A stretch of 32,000 nt of DNA from Salmonella phage SP1: sequence record MF001362.1. The stretch is one strand, 5' to 3'. Below the pieces are notes generated by a model, which saw only the letters and a program-made list of their open reading frames with translations, made no database searches and had not been told where the DNA came from. Shown piece by piece: positions 24,650-32,000 of this stretch; positions within the stretch are counted from its first letter, which is position 1, and each line of letters opens with the position of its first letter. Both the position numbers and the translations under genes were made by a program.

Positions 24650-25219
24650 ATGTCGCAGCGTAAAGGTATTTCAATTGGTTGGATCGTTGGGTTGGCAATT
24701 CTAGCATTTGCTGTAATTGGGATTGGCAGTGTGGTTAGCTATTTCAATGATTTCAACCGCATTGAACAACAGGTCAAAAAGTTCAACAAAGATTCTGAAA
24801 ACCACCTGAGCAACTACACGCTCAAAGTTCAGGAGACGGCGCAGATTCCTGACATGTACAAAAACAGTTTGAAGGAAGTGATCAAAGATACTTTCCAAGG
24901 CCGTTATGGCGCAGACGGTTCTAAAGCAGTAATGCAATGGATTCAGGAACAGAATATTCAGTTTGATTCATCTTTGTACAAAGAGATTCAGGTTGTTATC
25001 AGCTCAGGTCGGGATGAATTCCGCATTAGCCAAACTAAAAAATTGGACGCATGTGCGATCTATGAAACTAAACTTGGCCAGTTCCCTGGTTCTCTGATAG
25101 CAGGAATCTTTGGATATCCGCGTATCGATCTTGACAAGACATGTCAGGTGGTGAGTGACACCCGTACCCAGGCCGCATTTGACTCCGGTGTCCAGACTCC
25201 GATTAACTTCAAAGGCTGA
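24650..25219 (+). CDS. membrane-anchored protein with LemA-like topology
   Basis: Single N-terminal TM followed by helical SYFNDFNRIEQQVKKFNKDSENHLSNYTLKVQETAQIPDMYKNSLK...; family assignment weak. Confidence 0.6.
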   Translation: MSQRKGISIGWIVGLAILAFAVIGIGSVVSYFNDFNRIEQQVKKFNKDSENHLSNYTLKVQETAQIPDMYKNSLKEVIKDTFQGRYGADGSKAVMQWIQEQNIQFDSSLYKEIQVVISSGRDEFRISQTKKLDACAIYETKLGQFPGSLIAGIFGYPRIDLDKTCQVVSDTRTQAAFDSGVQTPINFKG

Positions 25220-25223
25220 TCTT

Positions 25224-25646
25224 ATGAGCGTGAAACTAACCGAATCTCTGACGCTGGAACAGCAACAGGCGTTGCTGGATGAAGTGGTAATCTCTGCTGT
25301 CAAGCAGGGCATTATCAAAGATGACACGTTGTTGACGCGCCCCGAAATGATCCATCATTTGGTGGTGTGTCTGGGCGAAGCCAATAATCCTCGCAAAAAG
25401 ATTGTAATGTTCAAAGAAGGCATTATTTATCCCAATGGAAGATTCGCTTGGTTAACCCTATCGGGAAGTCATCCGGATTTGAAGGATGAACAGAAAGAAA
25501 TCAAAACTTCTGTTCCGGTAACGCCATACACCGAAGGAGTTGATTTATTGTCTTGGTTTGAGACTATCAATACCATCTATGTCATGGCACCTGATGGTAA
25601 GCCAGCACAGGATCTGCGTGGTGGGGTTGTAGGTTCGGAAGACTAA
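25224..25646 (+). CDS. hypothetical protein
   Basis: Start MSVKLTESLTLEQQQALLDEV chosen within the ORF. Confidence 0.65.
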   Translation: MSVKLTESLTLEQQQALLDEVVISAVKQGIIKDDTLLTRPEMIHHLVVCLGEANNPRKKIVMFKEGIIYPNGRFAWLTLSGSHPDLKDEQKEIKTSVPVTPYTEGVDLLSWFETINTIYVMAPDGKPAQDLRGGVVGSED

Positions 25647-25659
25647 TCGTTCTTCAATA

Positions 25660-25696
25660 AAGGGGGATAGGGTATTATTGCTCTATCCTCTTTTTT
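25660..25696 (+). terminator. Rho-independent terminator
   Basis: AAGGGGGATAG ... CTATCCTCTTTTTT. Confidence 0.85.
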
Positions 25697-25708
25697 ATGG
25701 AATGTATT

Positions 25709-26080
25709 ATGTCTGACAAGCCAAGAAAGATTGCAATTATTGGAGGAGGAATCGGCGCTCGGACTATGGCCATTATCCTTCAAGAAAAGCTGAAAGGCGT
25801 TGAAGTAGAATGTATCAGTGTAGACGATATTCCTAAACGTCGTTGTGAACCAGGTGAACGCATGATAATTTGTGATGATCTGGTAGAAAGTGAACGCAAA
25901 ACATTGGTATCTCAAGCGGTGGCTCAGTTACGGAAGGCAGATATTTCGTATTGTGAAGCAGAAGCCGATGACAGGGACATAATTGCGTCACAACGTTATC
26001 AAAAGCCGCCGCGCCTATATGGAGCCGCCCAACATAAACGTCAGGCTAAGAAATATAAAAATCGGAGTAAACGAAAATGA
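25709..26080 (+). CDS. hypothetical protein with Rossmann-like N-terminus
   Basis: MSDKPRKIAIIGGGIGARTMAIILQEKL: GxGxxx motif. Confidence 0.65.
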   Translation: MSDKPRKIAIIGGGIGARTMAIILQEKLKGVEVECISVDDIPKRRCEPGERMIICDDLVESERKTLVSQAVAQLRKADISYCEAEADDRDIIASQRYQKPPRLYGAAQHKRQAKKYKNRSKRK

Positions 26081-26526
26081 CTACTCAAAAACCGACTTAT
26101 GAGGAATTGGCACAGACCGTTCTGACCTTCGACCGTACCCTGAAGACCCTGTACAAGGTACTAGGAAAGAACCCGACTTCAGAGTCAGGCGAAGCAGTTG
26201 ATCTTCTGTTCCTGCCCAACTGCATGGTATCAGCTAACGCCATTGTTGCCGCTCTGAAAGATACAGGAGCGCGAGAGCCGGAGCCCACAGGGATTCAGAA
26301 TTATCTGGAGAACTTTGACGAGTACTCCTTCACTGATCTGCTCCTGCGCGATCTGATCAACACAGAACGTCGCCGTCAGGAAAAGAACTGCCCTGTAGTT
26401 CAGTCTGACCATGAAATCGAACAAACCGTCCGTGAAGAACTGAATGGCACCTACTCGCCCATCGACCTGGCTGTTATGATCGTAAAAGCTCTGTCGTATG
26501 CAGCAAAAGGAGAAACAAATGTCTAA
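26077..26526 (+). CDS. hypothetical protein
   Basis: 149-aa ORF. Confidence 0.65.
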   Translation: MTTQKPTYEELAQTVLTFDRTLKTLYKVLGKNPTSESGEAVDLLFLPNCMVSANAIVAALKDTGAREPEPTGIQNYLENFDEYSFTDLLLRDLINTERRRQEKNCPVVQSDHEIEQTVREELNGTYSPIDLAVMIVKALSYAAKGETNV

Positions 26527-26725
26527 ACCATTATCTGCTGCGGCTGTAGCAACCCTTGCTTTGTCCGCCATGGCTGAAGATATGACGCATAATGGTCGTC
26601 TCTGGGATGATCATCGTTATGCACAAGGGTGTACCCCTGGGGAACCTGGGCATGCTCGTCCTTCCGTCAGTCGTCCTAAAAAGGCCAAGACCCATGGAAA
26701 GAACAAAAAGAAACGCCGTAAATGA
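26519..26725 (+). CDS. small basic protein
   Basis: MSKPLSAAAVATLALSAMAED...KAKTHGKNKKKRRK. Confidence 0.55.
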   Translation: MSKPLSAAAVATLALSAMAEDMTHNGRLWDDHRYAQGCTPGEPGHARPSVSRPKKAKTHGKNKKKRRK

Positions 26726-26894
26726 TGTCATCCCCGAATATCGCCTTCACGCATTATCGGAAGGTGAACCCAGATCATCACGATGTCATGTTATGTTTCA
26801 AGAAGGTAAAATGATGGCCGATGAAATCCTCTTCCTTCGAGCAGAGGTGATCCGTTTAAGTAACAATAAACCCCCAAAGAAATGAGGATATGTC

Positions 26895-27248
26895 ATGAGT
26901 TCTATTGAACAGCTGATCACACCACAATATGTTTACAGCAATATTGTAGAGCACCTCCGCTCTCAATTGAATGTGAAGCAGTTGAACAGCTCTGAATTGA
27001 GTGGTTTAGAAATAACAGAAGTTGAAGTTGCGGCCTTCGGTAGTCGTTATCATTTTGTTGTCAATCACACTCAGGTTGAACAAGTCACTTCGAGCATTAT
27101 TGACCTCGGCGCAACGAAGCCTTCCCGCGCAGAGCCGAAATCTGTGACACGCAATATTGTGGGTTATCTGGAAGAGACGTTAGAGCCAGGTGCCACCCAC
27201 CCGATATTCAATTTCAACGCCACCGTTGTAAACGTTCAGGGAAGTTAA
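26895..27248 (+). CDS. hypothetical protein
   Basis: 117-aa ORF with GAGGAtatgtc upstream. Confidence 0.7.
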   Translation: MSSIEQLITPQYVYSNIVEHLRSQLNVKQLNSSELSGLEITEVEVAAFGSRYHFVVNHTQVEQVTSSIIDLGATKPSRAEPKSVTRNIVGYLEETLEPGATHPIFNFNATVVNVQGS

Positions 27249-27256
27249 TCCTGATT

Positions 27257-27280
27257 AAAGCCTCCGATTGGAGGCTTTTC
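27257..27280 (+). terminator. Rho-independent terminator
   Basis: AAAGCCTCC GATT GGAGGCTTTTC. Confidence 0.85.
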
Positions 27281-27355
27281 TATTGAGCCACCCGCCAGTA
27301 TCATAACCTTACCCAATAATGTGTTCTTCTTTGATCTGAACAGGAATTCTATACT

Positions 27356-30097
27356 ATGAAAATGCGCAAGTCCGAGCATTTCGTGCGCTCTTCTTCTACC
27401 ATCGTCGGACAGACATTCAATGTCAAGATGACGGATAAATTATTTGAAACATTATTTTCAAGTCTCTACAAATATAAAGAGGCGGCGTCTTTGCGTGAGA
27501 CGTTGTGTAATGGTATAGACTCACATAATATGCGTGATCGCCAACAACGCTGGATGCCATCGCATTATGCTCCTCTCACTCCTATGCCTCAACGATACAG
27601 CAAACATCTTGCCCCCAAGGGAACTCCTGTTGTTGTACATTTACCGGATGTTATGGAACCCTGGCTGGAAATTAAAGATTATGGGGTTGGTCTTCCATTA
27701 GAAATGATCATCGGCGAGCCTATTACAGCGCGTGAAGATGAAGTGCTGGTTGAAGGTAATATCGTCGTGAAGGAAGACGAAATCCCTGATAGCACTGCTG
27801 TTATTGGTACACCTGGTTATTATAATGGGGTACTGGTATTCCGCGCTGAGGATGGCGAGATCATTCGTGGTCCTGGTTTGTATACAACACTCTTCCATAG
27901 TACAAAAGAGGACGACGACGGGCAAATAGGGGCGTTTGGGCTAGGTTCTAAATCCCCATTTGCGGTATCTGATTCATTTACAGTAGAAAGTCGCTATGAA
28001 GGGAAACTGTATCGCTTCCTGATGTATCTGAATGCGGACAGAATCCCAACTGTAGATCTCATTACCAAGGATTTAGATACCCGTGATCCTAAACCGGAAG
28101 ACACTGATGAGTTCAACGGCCTGACTGTTAAAGTTCCTGTAAAGAATCAGCGTTTTACCGCCTTTGAACAAGAGTTGGTCCGTTTGGGTCGAGTGATGCG
28201 ACCTTCAATGCGACCGAAGGTTGAAAACGCCAGTTATTCTTTCCGTTGGTCTGACATCAACTTCGAAAACCGTGTAGGCAACACGTATATTCAGCCGAAG
28301 TCAGATTCCGACAACATCCACTATGCTGTCATGGGCGGGGTTTCTTACCCGATAGATCTCGACCAATTGGACTCTGAAATATGCACCGTGCTGGAAAAAT
28401 TCCCGAGTTCCTATACCTTCTTCGAACTTGGAGAATTGAATGTTCCTCCATCACGTGAAGACTTGTCATATGACGAGTTCACCCGTGAAAGCCTGAACCG
28501 AGTGTTCAAATATGTGGCTGACAATATTATGCAGGCGAAGATGTATGAACTTCGCCAGGCCGAATCTATGGGTCCTCTTATGCTTTATATGAAGAAGGCT
28601 CAATTGACCGATATGTTCGGTAGCGGTTTCCGTAAATTAGTGGAGCGAGAATTTCCTGCAGATAACCGTTTCTACAAAGGCACGTTCCGTTATATCGGAG
28701 CGCCGGACGTCGTGCGCGATTACTCTTTGGATGCACCTTTCCGGTCTATTGGTAGTCCTTACGAAATTGAAGTACACGACAACGGTGTAGTACACGACAG
28801 CATTTATGTGAACTCTGTCGGAAATTGGTTGAAATCTAAATCAAAAATTGCTGTTATTATTGATAACTCGAATCGTGCTCGAAACCTGAAGATACAAACA
28901 GCACGCAATAACTTCAATGTCGTTATCGTCGTCAAACCGAATGAAAATTATTTCAGTAATCGGAATCAGCTGGCGGCACATAAAGAATCATTTACCAACC
29001 ATGAGGAATTGAAGTCTTATTTTGAATCATGGATCGGTGTACAAGAAACAACGCCGGACTACCTGGTCTTTGCCGATAAACTGATCGAGGTCTTTGGCGA
29101 TTTATTCAATCCGGATGAAGTCTATTTCATGCATGAAATGGAATATGTTCGCCCGACCGTTGAAAAAGATCCTGGGATGTTTAGTTTCCATTACAATTCA
29201 TTTAACTTCGACCGCGTTTATGAATTAGATGGAAAAACCGTTTCAGATATTATTGATTCGGGCAAAAAGATCGTATATATCGAAGTATCTGGCCGAGAAG
29301 GTATCCATAAAATTCATGGTAATACCTTACGACAATCCGCGGCTGGACATTTGCGTGAAGCGATGGAAAGAACGAAGTTCGGCGAGAATGGAAACGAAAA
29401 CCTGTTTGATTTGCTGGGAGCACATCCAACAATCGTTCTTGCGCGTCGTAAATCTGTTCCGATGATGAAGAAATTCCCAGAAGTATTCATCCCCATTGAC
29501 GCAGTGTTTGATATGTTGCTTGAGCATTATAAAGATGAATTTCAGGCGCTTGAATCTAAGAAACTCCTGAAACTTCGCAAGGGCATAAACATCATGTCTC
29601 ATCGCATTGATTATGGTGCCAAGCTGTTGATTGATTCCCATGGAAAAGTTACGGATGGCTATGCCCATCATCAACACAGGGCAAAAGCAATCATCAGTTA
29701 TGCGAAACAACAAATCACTGAAGAAGAATGGAAGATTGTTCGTATGCTGGCCAAACGAAATCCGTCTGGATCGGGGTACGGTTATTTCCGCAAGGCTGTT
29801 GAGGAATTACATTATCATATAGAAATGCCTTTCTCAACTACGAGATTTTTCCGCGCCTGTAACCAGTTAACTCAAGTTGTTGATTTATTGAATGAAAAAT
29901 TAACTGCTGAAGGATTTGATGAGATAAAGGTCACTAGCACTATATCTCAAAAGCAAAAGGCCAAAAACCGATACCGAGTTGAATGTCATCGTTTGGTGAA
30001 ATTCATGATGTCAAAATATCAGCCTTCGGCACACAACGCGATTGAAGATGCCACTAGATTTGTGAAGGCTATTTCAAAACGTATTCTCGGGGCATAA
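27356..30097 (+). CDS. rIIA: RIIA-like protein (GHKL ATPase)
   Basis: 913 aa; LRETLCNGIDSHNMRDRQ (N box), EIKDYGVGLP (G1), GQIGAFGLGSKSPFAVSDSF (G2); followed by the rIIB-like gene. Confidence 0.85.
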   Translation: MKMRKSEHFVRSSSTIVGQTFNVKMTDKLFETLFSSLYKYKEAASLRETLCNGIDSHNMRDRQQRWMPSHYAPLTPMPQRYSKHLAPKGTPVVVHLPDVMEPWLEIKDYGVGLPLEMIIGEPITAREDEVLVEGNIVVKEDEIPDSTAVIGTPGYYNGVLVFRAEDGEIIRGPGLYTTLFHSTKEDDDGQIGAFGLGSKSPFAVSDSFTVESRYEGKLYRFLMYLNADRIPTVDLITKDLDTRDPKPEDTDEFNGLTVKVPVKNQRFTAFEQELVRLGRVMRPSMRPKVENASYSFRWSDINFENRVGNTYIQPKSDSDNIHYAVMGGVSYPIDLDQLDSEICTVLEKFPSSYTFFELGELNVPPSREDLSYDEFTRESLNRVFKYVADNIMQAKMYELRQAESMGPLMLYMKKAQLTDMFGSGFRKLVEREFPADNRFYKGTFRYIGAPDVVRDYSLDAPFRSIGSPYEIEVHDNGVVHDSIYVNSVGNWLKSKSKIAVIIDNSNRARNLKIQTARNNFNVVIVVKPNENYFSNRNQLAAHKESFTNHEELKSYFESWIGVQETTPDYLVFADKLIEVFGDLFNPDEVYFMHEMEYVRPTVEKDPGMFSFHYNSFNFDRVYELDGKTVSDIIDSGKKIVYIEVSGREGIHKIHGNTLRQSAAGHLREAMERTKFGENGNENLFDLLGAHPTIVLARRKSVPMMKKFPEVFIPIDAVFDMLLEHYKDEFQALESKKLLKLRKGINIMSHRIDYGAKLLIDSHGKVTDGYAHHQHRAKAIISYAKQQITEEEWKIVRMLAKRNPSGSGYGYFRKAVEELHYHIEMPFSTTRFFRACNQLTQVVDLLNEKLTAEGFDEIKVTSTISQKQKAKNRYRVECHRLVKFMMSKYQPSAHNAIEDATRFVKAISKRILGA

Positions 30098-30129
30098 TAG
30101 CCCCATTACCCCACAGTGAGAACTACAAG

Positions 30130-31713
30130 ATGAATGCTATAGAAAAACGTATTCTCAAGCTGTTGAATGAGAACAGAAGTCAAAGTTCAATAGCCAGTGA
30201 ATTGGGCGTACCGCGCTCAATGATACAACGCGTGTCGGATAAAGAACTGGGAGTGGATCCAGCTTCGATTAAGTCTCTGACCACTGAACAGATTCAAGAA
30301 ATACAAACCAAGAGCAGCAAAGGTGAAAGCAATTCTTCTCTGGCATCAGTTTATGGCGTCAGTGCCAAAACAATTGCCCGCGCCCTGATGGTTCGTATCA
30401 TCAAAGAATCTAATAACGTGGTCGTGATTTCGCCAATTAAAGAATTGACTGAAGAAGGGAAAATCCCCGACACCTATGAAGTTCTGGAAGGTTCGGTGTC
30501 TGTCGATTCTGAAGGCGAAGAATGGTATGTTGGCCGTTTCCTGGAAAACCAAACAGTGTTTATCTGTATGCGTTACGATAGCTCTGCTGCTATTCAGGCC
30601 AAACTTTTCAGAAGCGAAGAACTGAAACCGTTAGAAACTCGGTCAAGCCGCTTCAATGAAGAAAACATTTCTCCGTTGGCCGAATTGGCGACAGCACTGG
30701 TTGATGGCGTTACCAAAGTCAATGACGGCGTGGTAATCAGTGTACAACATGACGGCGAAACATACCCGATGCGCGGTTCCCTTGATGCCCGTCGGCGTGT
30801 GGGATACTTTGACGCAATTCTGGGGCGTACACTTCGACTGGCGTTGTCGTCTGTTGTTTTCTCGGTTAAGACAACGGCTGTTGAGGAAGAGTCTGGCGAC
30901 AAACAAACTCAAAACTCATTTAAAGAAAAAGATCTGTCAGTGTTCTTGAATGAGCACCAGATCATGATTTTACCGGAAAGCATCGTTATCGTTATGGATG
31001 GCAAACCGGAAACGATAACCACAAGCCATCAGGCGTATGATCGTATTGTTGAAGCGATTAAAAATCGTGACGTCAAAACAGCGTACACTCTGATGAAACC
31101 GCGTGAAGCCATCAGCAAATTCACTACAGGCATGGTTGATTTATCTGACAACCGTGTGCGCTGGGGTGGCTATGACATCACGGGAACTTCCGTCGCCAAA
31201 CGCGTTTTGGCACTGGCATTAAAAGGCGATTATCCGAACTTAGAACGCTTGGGTCGTTTTCTGGACAAAATGTTCCAAAACCCGAGCGCGGCGCTGGTTC
31301 AGTCCGGTCGAATCTATGAATTCATGGCATATTCGGATATCGAAATTCATGAAGACGGTGATATCATCCTGTATAAATCCGTTCGCGGTAACTACATGGA
31401 CAAGCGCACAGGAAAAGTTAGTAATGCTCCTGGCACCATTGTTCGAATGGCTCGCTCATTTGTGAACGATAACAACAAAGATCTGTGCTCTTACGGTCTT
31501 CACGTTTGTTCTCTGGCTTATCTGAAACAATGTTTTGGTAGCCTGGGACAACGCGTTGTCCGTTGCAAACTGAACCCGAAAGATATCGTGTCTATCACTG
31601 ATGATTATGGCTCCAGTAAAATCCGCTGCTGTGAATATCTGGTATTAGACGATTACACCACGGAATACAACCGCCAACATAAATCCATTGATGTTGAAGG
31701 TCTATACAAGTAA
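30130..31713 (+). CDS. rIIB: RIIB-like protein
   Basis: 527 aa; N-terminal HTH repeats, FLDKMFQNPSAALVQSGRIYEFMAYSDIEIHEDGDIILYKSVRGNYMDKRTG... as in T4 RIIB. Confidence 0.85.
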   Translation: MNAIEKRILKLLNENRSQSSIASELGVPRSMIQRVSDKELGVDPASIKSLTTEQIQEIQTKSSKGESNSSLASVYGVSAKTIARALMVRIIKESNNVVVISPIKELTEEGKIPDTYEVLEGSVSVDSEGEEWYVGRFLENQTVFICMRYDSSAAIQAKLFRSEELKPLETRSSRFNEENISPLAELATALVDGVTKVNDGVVISVQHDGETYPMRGSLDARRRVGYFDAILGRTLRLALSSVVFSVKTTAVEEESGDKQTQNSFKEKDLSVFLNEHQIMILPESIVIVMDGKPETITTSHQAYDRIVEAIKNRDVKTAYTLMKPREAISKFTTGMVDLSDNRVRWGGYDITGTSVAKRVLALALKGDYPNLERLGRFLDKMFQNPSAALVQSGRIYEFMAYSDIEIHEDGDIILYKSVRGNYMDKRTGKVSNAPGTIVRMARSFVNDNNKDLCSYGLHVCSLAYLKQCFGSLGQRVVRCKLNPKDIVSITDDYGSSKIRCCEYLVLDDYTTEYNRQHKSIDVEGLYK

Positions 31714-31726
31714 GTGTAAATGGATA

Positions 31727-31756
31727 TAAAAGGGAGGCTTCGGCCTCCTTTTCTTT
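31727..31756 (+). terminator. Rho-independent terminator with UUCG loop
   Basis: GGAGGC TTCG GCCTCC TTTTCTTT. Confidence 0.9.
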
Positions 31757-31765
31757 GAGGTGAAT

Positions 31766-32000
31766 ATGGAAACTAGAGATGTTTACTTCGTGTATGAACA
31801 ACAAGCATTTGGTTCATTACGCCGGAAAACAAAATTCCTTGTTGATTCATTCCAATTTGATGGAGAACTCAAGGAATACTCGTTCAGGAATTTTCCTCCG
31901 AGAGAAGTCATAGGCGACCAGTTCGTGAAATTATTTTGTCGTTGTGGCGGCTGTGACTTTAACGACGACGGATATTCCATGCATGTTTATTGCTGCAATT
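31766..32000 (+). CDS. hypothetical protein (partial, runs off the right edge)
   Basis: Open frame METRDVYFVYEQQAFGSLRRKTKFLVDSFQFDGELKEYS... after TTTGAGGtgaat. Confidence 0.7.
   Translation, partial: METRDVYFVYEQQAFGSLRRKTKFLVDSFQFDGELKEYSFRNFPPREVIGDQFVKLFCRCGGCDFNDDGYSMHVYCCN

Noticed and set aside
26592-26885. 97-aa ORF overlapping 26519..26725
   Set aside because: The 5' half is out-of-frame with the preceding gene and has no RBS; only a very short C-terminal part (from ATG 26811, MMADEILFLRAEVIRLSNNKPPKK) could be real, which I cannot support.
1-32000. CRISPR arrays or insertion sequences
   Set aside because: No regularly spaced direct repeats, transposase-like ORFs or target-site duplications flanking a unit were seen.

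Overview
This 32-kb window is from a large, tailed, T4-like dsDNA phage. Gene content and the tRNA set (Met, Asn, Tyr) suggest an Ackermannviridae/ViI-like myovirus; that placement is inference. The left end holds minus-strand tail/baseplate genes: a partial fibre-like ORF, a putative baseplate protein, and a gp6-like baseplate wedge protein. It is followed by about 4.6 kb (~3865-8510) that is nearly free of long credible ORFs. This block contains three canonical tRNAs, an HNH homing endonuclease, and many strong inverted repeats and tRNA-like/T-arm-like elements that do not fold as ordinary tRNAs. To the right are small virion-like proteins, a PLP-dependent enzyme, a small ADP-ribosyltransferase-like protein, a minus-strand block with a 3TM holin-like gene, family B DNA polymerase, a lipoprotein, a HAD-like nucleotidase, a P-loop (5-hmdU-DNA-kinase-like) kinase, a possible base-hypermodification protein, many small early-type ORFs, and rIIA-like and rIIB-like genes. 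The leads most worth testing are: (1) the array of structured, tRNA-like non-coding RNAs between and beside real tRNAs; (2) two otherwise unrelated small proteins, one ART-like, that start with a peptide resembling the T4 capsid-targeting sequence; and (3) a dispersed set of candidate thymidine-hypermodification genes.
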